Source of the DNA: Psilocybe cubensis
Taxonomy: Eukaryota
DNA length: 64,000 nucleotides
NCBI GenBank assembly: GCA_017499595.2
Contig: CM039005.1
Location: 310,001-374,000, forward strand
Direction: 5' to 3'
The position numbers were made by a program, and so were the translations under genes. Below are positions 39,316-50,115 of this stretch, one piece after another; the first letter of the stretch is position 1, and each line of letters begins with the position of its first letter. The notes under the pieces are model-generated. The model saw only the letters and a program-made list of their open reading frames with translations. It made no database searches and had not been told where the DNA came from.

Positions 39316-40783
39316 ATGCCCAATCTAGGCCAGAATTCACACATCAACAAAGTCCCCAGTGAAATATGGTGTTATATCTTGCTGATGAGCCTCACACGCG
39401 GCGAAAAGGACGATCTTGCTGCTTCCTACCCTACCACTTCACCGAATTGCCTTCAGGAGGCTGTGATGTTCTCTAGCGTCTGTTCCAAATTTTGCATCGT
39501 TGTAACTCGCTTGTTGGAACTATGGAATTATATCAATATACGCATGGCAGCGACGGGAATATCTCCCCTTCCAATGAGCTTATTGTCCTTGCTCTCGAAC
39601 AATCCTCTTTACGACCATTGACTCTCTCACTCAAATTCTGCTTCAAAACAATTGAATGCAAAACAGATAGAAAAGTGACAGTAAGGAAGATACCCATTAC
39701 ATATTCAGGCCAAAAAGGGTGCGACATGCTAGAACTCTTCGTGAATAACATCCACCGTGCCGAGCATCTAGTCTTGGACGTGCAGGCCATATATAACGTT
39801 CGTGATTCCAAGGGACAACAGATATATAGTATGGGCCGTATTCTCGCCAAAGCTGCCCCGCTTATGCTCAGCGCTAAAATCATTGGACGGCAACCACCTA
39901 CCTACATATTACCCAAGTCGCCCGTACAGCAGACTAGATCATACAAGATTGTATCCTTTCCGTCACATATTGCTAAAGGCACTCCAGATGTCACCCAAAA
40001 CGCAAAGTTTGACGTTTTGTGGTGATGTAGTGTACTCAAACGTCTGTTCATCCAATCCTCCCTTCCTACACCTTTTGGATTTGGATGTCGAGGGTCCAGT
40101 AGAGCCGAAGGAGTTACTAGAGGCTTTGAAACTCATTTCTGCCCTCCAACAATGCTGAGTGTGCCAAATCACAAAGATTTTTGCTTTACAACCAGGCATT
40201 ATTGATATTCAAGTTACTATGCCCAAGTTACAAGTCCTGAATATAGGCAAGTGTTACGCCGGCCAGACAACGAATAATCATGACTCAATCCCATTGCCAC
40301 AACTACTTTCTCACATTGTTGCCCCTTCTCTACGCACTCTTATTCTTCGATGTGGCCGTGGTATCTGGCTTCATGACAACTTCATGACATTCATCAAACG
40401 GTCAGGATTGGCGTTGGAGCATCTTGTGCTTGACCCCGACAGAACAACCACAGAGCAGAAGCAAAAAATTCTATCCTGTGTTCCCAACTTGAAAGCGCTG
40501 GAAATATACAGCGGTAACTGGATGATGGATTCCGGACCACAATGCCCATACCTATTTGTACATGACACAACATTGGACATATTCTGGACAAAGATCCAGC
40601 CACCCGTGTCTGAACTTCGTCAAACCCGGGACTAACTATGTTTCTGAAGTATACGGTGAACCCGTCGATCCAAACAAGAAATGCATGTTGTTCACTGCGC
40701 CTAGATTGGCGTACAAGTTGGAATACTACTGGATAGGAAGTGAATCCTGGGAGGAGGTTTTTGGAGAGTCCCAACGTCTTTAG
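39316..40783 (+). pseudogene. F-box/LRR-like pseudogene with frameshifts and an internal stop
   Basis: INKVPSEIWCYI...SSVCSKF...ELW continues in other frames (LALEQSSLRPLTLSL; MPKLQVLNI; APSLRTLIL; RSGLALEHLVL; VPNLKALEI); shifts near 39540, 39890 and 40560-40620; TGA at 40156-40158; no intron signals seen at the breaks. Confidence 0.7.
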
Positions 40784-40925
40784 ATAGCTGAAAACACTTG
40801 TAGTTTGCTCAATGGCTCGTACTAAAGTAATAAATGTCTTCATCAGCTGAATGGCATTGTCTATTATGTACCCTTCATATGCTTAGCCTTAATCTATCAT
40901 TAACATCCAAAGAGTGATATGATAT

Positions 40926-41595
40926 CACTGAGGGCGTTGACCGCTATAAGTTAAATATACAGCAGAAAACTTACATGTCTTATGTAAGTTTAGGTGTATG
41001 TTCAACTTACAGCATATGTGTCGGGAAAACAAAAATTTAACAAAGACATATTGTGTTTGGTGGCTATATGCCAACCAAACACAATTGCTGTAAGTAGCCT
41101 GTAAATAGAATAAACACCTAAATTACACAAATTGTGTTTGTCCGGTATTAGTAAAACATATACATTTTCTGTAAATGACACAAACAGCACTTTCTGTAAG
41201 TAAAATTTACACACAAAAAACACTATTTGTGTATGTCAGACTTATACCATTAAATGAATTGAAAAACTTGTGTAAGTATAACATACACAAATTGTTTTCT
41301 TTGTGTGTAATTTTTACTTACAGTAAGTGCTGTTTGTATTACTTACAGAAAATGTGTATGTTTTACTAACACTGGACAAACACAATTTGTGTAATTTAGG
41401 TGTTTATTCTATTTACAGGCTATTTACAGCAATTGTGTTTGGTCGGCATACAGCCACCAAACACAATATATCTTTGTTAAATTTTTGTTTTCCCAACACA
41501 TATGCTGTAAGTTGAACATACACCTAAACTTACATAAGACATGTAAGTTTACTGCTGTATGTTTAATTTACTTACAGCAGTCGGCGCCTGCAGTA
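40926..41595. mobile_element. Foldback/MITE-like non-autonomous DNA transposon with ~320-bp inverted arms and CACTG termini (CMC/EnSpm-like)
   Basis: Left arm 40926-~41247 is the reverse complement of right arm ~41270-41595; starts CACTG, ends CAGTA (degenerate CAGTG); TAT flanks both sides (40923-40925, 41596-41598). Confidence 0.8.
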
Positions 41596-41672
41596 TATGG
41601 CGCCCATCACCGTCTGCGACTTGGGAAAAACCATAATCAAATCTGTCATTCCATTGACAACTACATTGTTCC

Positions 41673-42115
41673 TATCAGGGTTTCTCTAGTTTCCCCTCTT
41701 TATCTTCACAGAATTATCTTATCCTTTCATTATCTTATCAATTATCTGATTAGATAGTTTATTTCTTTCATCACAGCCTTCTTGCTCTACTTCTTTCTAG
41801 TAATTCTATATGATTCCTAGTCTTACTCATCCTTTTTCTATATGATGTCACTTTTATTCTTTAACCTTCCTTTATGATGTAATGTAGGGAATATTCTAGA
41901 ATAGCTGTAGAGTATAAATACTGGACTTGTAGATGGCTGTAGCTTTAGCTTCAATCTCTTAGGATATCCATTATCATTGGTATAATCTCTTAGAATCATT
42001 GAGTCTCTCTCACTCTCTTATTTTCTCTCTGCTCTCTTACTCTTCCTCTGCTCTCTCTCTCTTGCTTGATCTTTGTTGGTGGCCTTGTCACACTGATTAT
42101 AGTGTTGCCCTGACA
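41673..42115 (+). mobile_element. 5' LTR (443 bp) of a Ty3/gypsy retrotransposon remnant
   Basis: TATCAGGG (degenerate TGTCAGGG)...CCCTGACA terminal inverted repeats; TATAAATA at 41913-41920; followed by a PBS-like site and gag. Confidence 0.88.
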
Positions 42116-42117
42116 GA

Positions 42118-42128
42118 AGATTGAAGCT
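42118..42128 (+). other. Self-priming primer-binding site (Tf1-type)
   Basis: AGATTGAAGCT, 2 nt after the LTR end, is the exact complement of AGCTTCAATCT (41947-41957), which lies ~27 nt downstream of the LTR TATA box. Confidence 0.72.
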
Positions 42129-42150
42129 CTCTCAAGACAACTCCACCATC

Positions 42151-42594
42151 TGTCAGGGCAACACTATAATCAGTGTGACAAGGCCACCAACAAAGATCAA
42201 GCAAGAGAAAGAGAGCAGAGGAAGAGTAAGAGAGCAGAGAGAAAATAAGAGAGTAAGAAAGACTCAATGATTCTAAGAGATCACACCAATGATAGTGGAT
42301 ATCCTAAGAAATTGAAGCTGAAGCTACAGCTACCTACAAGTCCAGTATTTATACTCTACAGCTATTCTAGAATATTCCCTACATTACATCATAAAGGAAG
42401 GTTAAAGAATAAAAGTGACATCATATAGAAAAAGGATGAGTAAGACTAGGAATCATATAGAATTTACTAGAAAGAAGTGGAGCAAGAAGGCTGTGATGAA
42501 AGAAATAAACTATCTAATCAGATAATTGATAAGATAATGAAAGGATAAGATAATTCTGTGAAGATAAAGAGGGGAAACTGGAGAAACCCTGACA
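42151..42594 (-). mobile_element. Solo LTR (444 bp) of the same family, inserted in inverted orientation
   Basis: Reverse complement of 41673-42115; TGTCAGGG...CCCTGACA ends; 5-bp TSD CCATC at 42146-42150 and 42595-42599. Confidence 0.92.
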
Positions 42595-43052
42595 CCATCT
42601 CTCTTTCAACACCAAACTCTTCACTTCTTCAACCTCTTCAACATTATCACCTCAACCTTCTTTCTCCACTTCCAATCTACCAATCTCTTCACCAATCTCT
42701 TCACCAATCTCTTTACCAACCTCTACTTCTCCACCAACCTTCAACATCTTCCTTAAGACTTTTCCTCAAGACCTTTGGCTCATCATCTTTCCTACTCTCT
42801 GTTGTGTGCTGTGTGTAAACTTAGTAGATAGGGATACCAACTGTTGGGGCAGACACAGTCCTACTAGTATTCTGTTTTTGGTAGGCTAGAAAATATCCAG
42901 TAACCCTGTGATCCTAGGTTTAGAGCCCTGAGTGGTGTAACAACTGGGTATCCAGTAGATAGATATTTTTTTTAGAGTACTTAGTGTAATTTCAAGGGCA
43001 CTTTCAGTAGATAGCTTCTCCCACACACACATCAGAGAGCCTACTCCTACCC

Positions 43053-43631
43053 ATGGACATGGATCCCTTCCAATTGCCTCCCACCTCTCCTTCTGTGGAA
43101 GAGCTCATGCATGAGGTCCAGCTCCTTACCCAAGAGTTGAATTTTCTTAGACAGCAGCAGCAGTCATCATCTACTCCACCACACCCTCAGCAACCAGTCA
43201 GTCAGTCACCATCATTACCACCACCACCACCACCACCTGCTGCTCTAGATATTCACTCTTTCCCTACCCCTCATGTTGCCCCTTCCTGTTCACACTCTGT
43301 CATTAAAGTCTCACCTCCAGATCCATTTGATGGTTCTATGGAGAAGGCAGAAAACTTCCTCAGTTAGCTCAAATTATATTTCTATGGAAAAGGGATTACA
43401 GATGACTTTCAGAAAGTTATTTGTACTCTATCTCATATGAAAGGAGATACTGCTGGGAAGTGGGCATATGAGAAGACTAAAGTAATAGACAATGCTTAGT
43501 CCCAAGAAGGTCTTTGGGATGACTTTGTTTATGAATTTAGGGAAGTGTTTGCAGATCCAGACCCCTCCAACACAGCTAATCATAAAATGCACATGCTCAA
43601 GCAAGGCAGGCAGACTGCTGATGAGTATGTA
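43053..43631 (+). pseudogene. gag: Degenerate, truncated Ty3/gypsy gag (Retrotrans_gag-like)
   Basis: IKVSPPDPFDGS...FLS*LKLYF...ICTLSHMKGDTAGKWA...WDDFVYEFREVF...MLKQGRQTADEYV with in-frame TAG stops; sequence character changes abruptly at ~43632. Confidence 0.85.
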
Positions 43632-45207
43632 AAATTTTTTGGAAAAAAAAAACTACAAATGTGTTCAAAAAAGCATAATCTACATATCTGTGGTTCAAAA
43701 ATGTAGAATAGTGTGAGTGCAAAAGGGCTGAAAAGGTTCAGAGGTAAGCCAACTTTTGCTTACCTAAGGGGGTGCTGGTTCTATAGTGAACTCTCTGTGA
43801 TTTGGGGACCCAGTCACTGGCTTGGGTCACCAGAAATATTATGTAATTTGGCACGCTTGGGCCCTTCCGCGCGCCAAAAAATTCAGAATTTTGTGCATTT
43901 CAGTGTGCTAAGTTCTCCAAGAATCTCCCGATCGCCCGCCTTGTCACTTGCGGTCACCAGAGTTTGGCGGGTGCATAGACCCTCAGGTCACCAGCTTTTC
44001 GATGTCCGACAACTTTTTAAGTAACTTCGCGGCCATTGGCGGCATGGCCATCTTAATTGGGCTCCGCCGCGTCATGTGATGGTTCCCGCAATCCGTTACA
44101 CGGTCGCGTTTTGGAGCTTCTGCAAACCGTTTAAATGTTGAACATAAACAGTGACACCAGTTCAATCTTGTTTATTATGGGTTGGATAGTAATGGGTATA
44201 ATTATATCTTATTGTATGTACCAAACTCAATTTTAAAGCCTCAGACTTTTGCAAAAAAGACTCATTAGAGCCTTCAAAAATTAATATTTACACCAGTAAG
44301 AAAGGTTTACTTCTGCTCTGACAGTACTGTATTCACTATGTACATGCTTTTGTGTGTATGCTGGAGTGTGAACTGCTAAAGTATACATGCAAAGAGTGCA
44401 TGCTGCAGTTGGCACATAAGATTGTATGCAATCTCCTCATTTCTTGGAAATAATTCAACTAGTTATTGTTATGATCACGTTGACCCGTGTCAGTACTCAT
44501 TTAAACGGCTGAAAAGTGAAATAAAAGTACAATCTACATCCTGAAACACAAATAATTCACAGATGAGACTCGGAATTTTGCATTTTCACCTTTAAATAAG
44601 TCATTTTATGCTCAAATTTAGGCAAGTTGATGCTTCCACTCCTTGATATTAGGCAAACGAGGAAGGACAGATTAGTCTGACTATATACAAGAGTATAGTG
44701 TACTGATTTAGATGTTTCTGACATTACAATTTTAAAAAAATCTTCCAAATCATTGAAATTGATGGGAAGCGGGACTTGCGAGTTTCACTGCGGACCTCAA
44801 GTGAAGTCACAGACCTTTGTGACCTAGGGCCTAAATTTGGCGGGCGGTGATGAGCCCAATCTTACGATGAAGTCGAGTTGGCCGGGATGTGAGAAATATT
44901 ACGTCATACGCGTGCTTTTGTTTACGCCCCTGTCCTATTGGACTTTGGCGAACGAGTTCCGCCCGACGGTGACCACATGCATGATGCCCCAACACTGTAT
45001 CTTATCGTCCTTTCACTTTCTGCCACCATCTTGGACAACGACGAGCTTGGGCGGTTATCGTGAGATAGGCAACAACCGGGCCAACAATTTGACGTTATCG
45101 CAAAGGTACCGTCGTCGTCCTGTACGAACCCACAGCCTACTGTTTCATTAACTGCTGGGACTACCCAAGGACCTGAACAAGTCGTCGGAGGTTTGTATCA
45201 GCTTCCT

Positions 45208-48200
45208 ATGAAGAGCGGTCTGGCATTACCCAGGCGAGTGCTGTCGGTGAGGTCCCCGAAGCAGAGACTGGGATCCGCCGCGTGTCGCGCATATCATGAC
45301 GAATCGTTCGGGTTTCGCAAACCACGCGAATACGACTTTCCAGACTGTACGTCGCGCATTTTTATCTTGCTTTGAAGCCAATCAAACTTATCGCTGTCGC
45401 CGTTATGCGCAGATACCGAGGTACAGCTCAACAACCGCGCGAAAAACTCCCCACTTCTTCGTTATGTCGATTCCATGCGTACGCATAGCCATCGCGCCGC
45501 CCGCATCGACCCTCTGGATCTCATCCATCGAGAAGAAGTCGCCGCACTCTTTCCGGAGAGATACGGTTTGAATGATGATGACAAAGTATACGACGTCAAT
45601 GGTATTATATGGACGAAACGCGTCGGGGAGGCAGGCGAAGGTGAAGAGTTGTGGAATCTAAAGCAAATCAGGGAGCACTTGAGGAAGGTTTATGTTGGGA
45701 ATATTGCATATGAGGTGAGCCGCCCTTCATTTTTCGCGTCGGTTGAGTGACTCATAATACCTCGAGTTCATGCATTCGCCTTCGAAAACTGAGCGACTGT
45801 GGTTCTCGCACCTCCTGGAGTCCCAATCTTTACCCTCCCCAGAAGACACGCCATTAGTTCAAATGGATATCACGAAAAAGAAGCGCATTCATGAACTATT
45901 GGCACGAAGTGAGGTCTTCGACAACTTTCTGCAACTAAAGTTCCCCAATTTGAAACGTGTAAGCTCCTCCCCTTCATTTGTGTGCTCGACTTCACAAGCT
46001 TATCTCATGTGTAGTATGGGCTTGAAGGGGGAGAGTCCATGCTCCCTGCTCTTGACTCTCTCTTTTCAGCTGCTTCCCTGGGTGAGATCCGTACGTACGT
46101 AAGAGTTGAAAATGTTTCTAATACATTGTGTTGTAGCCGGCGTACACCACGTTATTCTTGGTTCGTTCGCAGATCTACTCGTTCTTTTCATTGGATTAAC
46201 AGGATATTAGCTATGCCACATAGAGGTAGACTCAACCTCCTCACCGACATCCTCCAATACTCCCCCGCAGCCTTGTTCCATAAAATCAAGGGTGGGTACG
46301 AAATTCCGGAAGACCTGGGTGCGGAAGGAGACGTATTGAGTCATTTGGGTGAGGCCATGTTTATGTCAAACTTTATCAATATGATTTAACTGGTTTGCAT
46401 GCTTTTAGTTTCGTCGCCCTCATTGTCATACCCTGGTGCATCTCACCCAATCAAGGTCTCTCTTTTGCCTAATCCTTCGCATCTCGGTAAGCAGACCTCG
46501 TAGGAACACTGATGGTAGTGGGGAGTGACATGAAGTTTTCAGAGGCTGTCAACTCCGTCGCTATGGGCAAAACTCGTGCTAAACAGTACTCCCTCCTGAA
46601 GACATCGCCGGATGACTGCAAGTTGGGCGACAAAGTGATGTGTGTCCAACTTCATGGAGATGCTAGTTTCACTGGACAAGGTGTCGTCATGGAGAGTCTG
46701 GGTCTCAGTGAGTCTCTAAGTCTGTTGGGTTGTGAGGAACACGGCGGCTGACAGGATGTAACAGGCAATTTGCCCCACTTCACCAGTGGAGGAAGTGTGC
46801 ATTTGGTTGTTGAGTACGTATTTTGGATTTTCTATGCGTGAATAGCTAGCGTTGAACGTTCCCTTTATTTTTGTAGCAATAAGTGAGGAGAATATTCTAC
46901 TTAAATATTGTCATAAAATGTGTACTAACAACGCACCCATAGCATCGGATATACTACCCCGGCTTCTAACGCTCGTTCATCCCTGTATTGCTCTGACATT
47001 GGAAAAATGATAAACGCTCCCGTTTTGCATGTCAATGGTGATCACCCCGAAGGTAAGCTAGCTTTTCCGGCTCCCAGATATATTATCTCTGAAACTAGGT
47101 CTTTAGATGTGGCAAAGGCCATGGATATTGCGTTCAGGTATAGGAACTACTTCAGAAAGGATATCATCGTAGATTTGTTGGTGTATAGACGATGGTACGT
47201 TTTTCTCTAGTCCCCGCTACTTGTGATCATGCTGACGACACGTCCACTATGTTTAGGGGGTGAGTAACGTATTTTATCCTGCATGGCTACCTGACCTAAT
47301 GAACTATCGGCGAAGACACAACGAGCTGGATTTACCTAGCATCACCAGCCCCTTGATGTACGAAAAGATCGCTGCACGGAAATCTGTACCTCAACTTTAC
47401 GAACAAAAGCTTGTCGTACGTCACCTTTCCTAAACATCTCAACATTCCCATGATTAATCGTTTCCTCTACCCAGGCGGAAGAAGTTTTGACTTTGGAAGA
47501 TATCAACGCTGTCCGAACTTCGTACAAGTCTCAGCTGGAGGCGGAGCTCGCACGGGTTCCAACTTACGTCCCGTCTGCTTCGATGCTGGAGGAACAATGG
47601 TCGGGCATTGTATGGCCAGCGACCCCAGAGGCACAGCATAACCCTGTCACAGGCGTTGAGAGGGATGTCCTTGAGAAGATTGGCAAGGCCAGCGTTGCTG
47701 TACCCGAAGGATTCGTACGTTCGCCTTTCTACTTACTGCTTTACAGGCGGGCGTGCTGAAAGGACGCATGGACGTACAGCAAATTCATCCCAAACTGCAT
47801 CGACATGTTAAGAATCGCTTGCAGAGCGTCACCACTGGGAAGGGAATTGACTTCGCTACCGCTGAGGTGAGTGGTTATTTACTATCCGAAGCCGGGGTTT
47901 CGCATTGCTTATGAGCATGTGCACAGGCCCTGGCATTTGGCTCCCTCTTGCTAGAGGGCAATGATGTTCGAATCTCAGGACAGGACGTGGGTCGAGGCAC
48001 GTTCAGCCACCGGCATGCAATGCTCGTTAATCAACAGAATGAGGGTGTCATCGTCCCGCTCAATGATGAGTTGAAAGCAGATGGTAAACTGGAGCTTGCG
48101 AACAGTAAGTCCCACGCTTCTTCACGGGTGGCCTTATTGAGTTTTAACATTTAAACATATAGGTTCGCTGAGTGAGATGGCAGTACTTGGTGTACGGCTA

Positions 48201-49341
48201 ATTTCCTCGTTTTATATCTTAACAATGTTGATAAAAAGGCTTTGTTTGATAGTTCGAATATGGTGCCAGCTGGGAAAGACCAAATCTGCTGCCAATTTGG
48301 GAAGCACAAGTACGTTCCGGTCATCATCATACTCATCGTTTTGGTGTCAAAACTTGATGTTTCCAGTTCGGAGATTTCTTCAATGGGGCACAAATTATCA
48401 TTGATACATTCATCTCCTCCTCTGAAAGTTCGTTGTACATCACATTTTGATTAATTATATCGGTGGTTGACCTCCCCTCCCCAACATAGCTAAATGGCTG
48501 AAGCAAAGTGCGATGGTTCTCATGCTCCCACATGGACTTGACGGGGCAGGTCCAGAGCATTCTTCCTCAAGATTGGAAAGAATGCTCCAGGTAAGATCGT
48601 TTCACTTTCCTACGGCGCGAAAGTCTTCTCACCATGTTTTTTTACTTCAAGCTAACCAACGATCGATATGATTACAACTCGGAGCCTAACAACATCAACA
48701 TGCACGTTACTTTCCCGACTACGCCAGCACAGTACTTCCATCTACTCAGGAGACAAATTTGTCGTAACTATAGGAAACCTCTTGTCATCGCTGGGCCAAA
48801 GGGTCTTCTCCGCCTCTCGGTGCGTCATCTAGTGGAAATCAGATCCTGATTTATATATGCCTATTGTGACTTTATTTAGGCTGCGGCATCAACGATGGAA
48901 GATATGGAGTCCGGAACCCAGTTCAAGCCTGTCATCGCTGACCCCGTAGCTCACCCGGTGAAAGTGAAAAAACTCGTCATGCTCTCCGGGAAAATATATT
49001 ATGACCTGATAAAGGAACGACAAGCACGGGGCTTGGATGATAGTGTTGCGTTCATACGCATTGAAGAACTTGCCCCATTCCCCTTTGAGCAGCTGGAAGA
49101 AGTATTGGAGCAGTATCCAAACGTTGAGACTTACAGCTGGTTGCAGGAAGAGCCTAGAAACCAAGGCGCGTTTGCGCATGTTTCAGGGAGGATAGCCTCA
49201 GTGCTTAGGAAGATGGGTAAAGGGAATGAAGAACTAGTGTATTTGGGAAGAAAGGAGAGTGCCTTGCCTGCTCCTGGAGTTGGAAAGTTGTACCAAGTCC
49301 AGCAGAGGCAGGTGTTGGAGTCTCCGTTTGTCGGTCTGTAA
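45208..49341 (+). CDS. 2-oxoacid dehydrogenase E1, DHTKD1 (2-oxoadipate dehydrogenase)-like, mitochondrial, many exons
   Basis: Arg-rich presequence; [94 protein letters not shown]; short N-terminus as in DHTKD1 rather than Kgd1. Confidence 0.9.
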
Positions 49342-50115
49342 CTTAGCCAGCTCAACATTGTTCTCTTCTCGGTGATAATCAATAAATAGTCAAGCTAGTC
49401 AAGTGTAACCTGTAATTAGCTCGGGTCGGTCTCTGATCCGGAATACTTTACAGCTATTTTCATATCGATAGGCCCAACGTAAAAATATATTCATACAGTC
49501 GGACTTGAATATTGACTCATTTCTGCGTAACCGAGTTACATAAGGAATGCTCCTATGTTGATTTTATTTTAATCTATGGTACGATCTTGCAGAAAAGCGC
49601 TGACATGCCTTTCAGCTTGAGAAGGGAGTGTCTCTAGGATGCTGCTGATGTGGTGGTATTGCTTTAGTTCTCGTAGCTCGACTTTTTTTGTCAATACTCA
49701 TCGACGATTTTGCTAGTTCCCCTGATTTGCCGTCTTTAAATTTGATGCTCCGCTCAATAAAATTCATTATCCGTGTATGTGTAAATTTAGCGGATAGGTC
49801 TATCGATATGAAAATAGCTATAATTTTGTCATATGCTCAATTGTTGAATTGCGAAGACGACTACATCGACTTTTGGCGCATTGACACTGACAGTAACCAA
49901 GCGCCCCTGGCAAGATCTATTTGGGGTAACTGCCGTGTAGGCCTTGGACACTCGTTGAAGACATTGTCAATGACCCAGTGGCACATCTACTCTATTGTCA
50001 TGGCCAACATTGCCGCGCTTTTCTCAGTAATGCTAGTGGTATACCTGACAACAGTGGCACGCTATCATTCTATAAAAGCATTATGATCATGTTCACCAAC
50101 CTTAATTCACCCAAG

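Noticed and set aside
41002-41515. Two near-identical small ORFs on opposite strands (…TENVYVLL…DKHNLCNLGVY…)
   Set aside because: An artefact of the foldback element's inverted arms.
44805-44827. Hairpin GTCACA-N6-TGTGAC followed by CTAG, suggesting a Helitron 3' end
   Set aside because: The stem is short, abuts CTAG without the usual spacer and is not followed by T; no 5' TC end or Rep/helicase remnant was seen.
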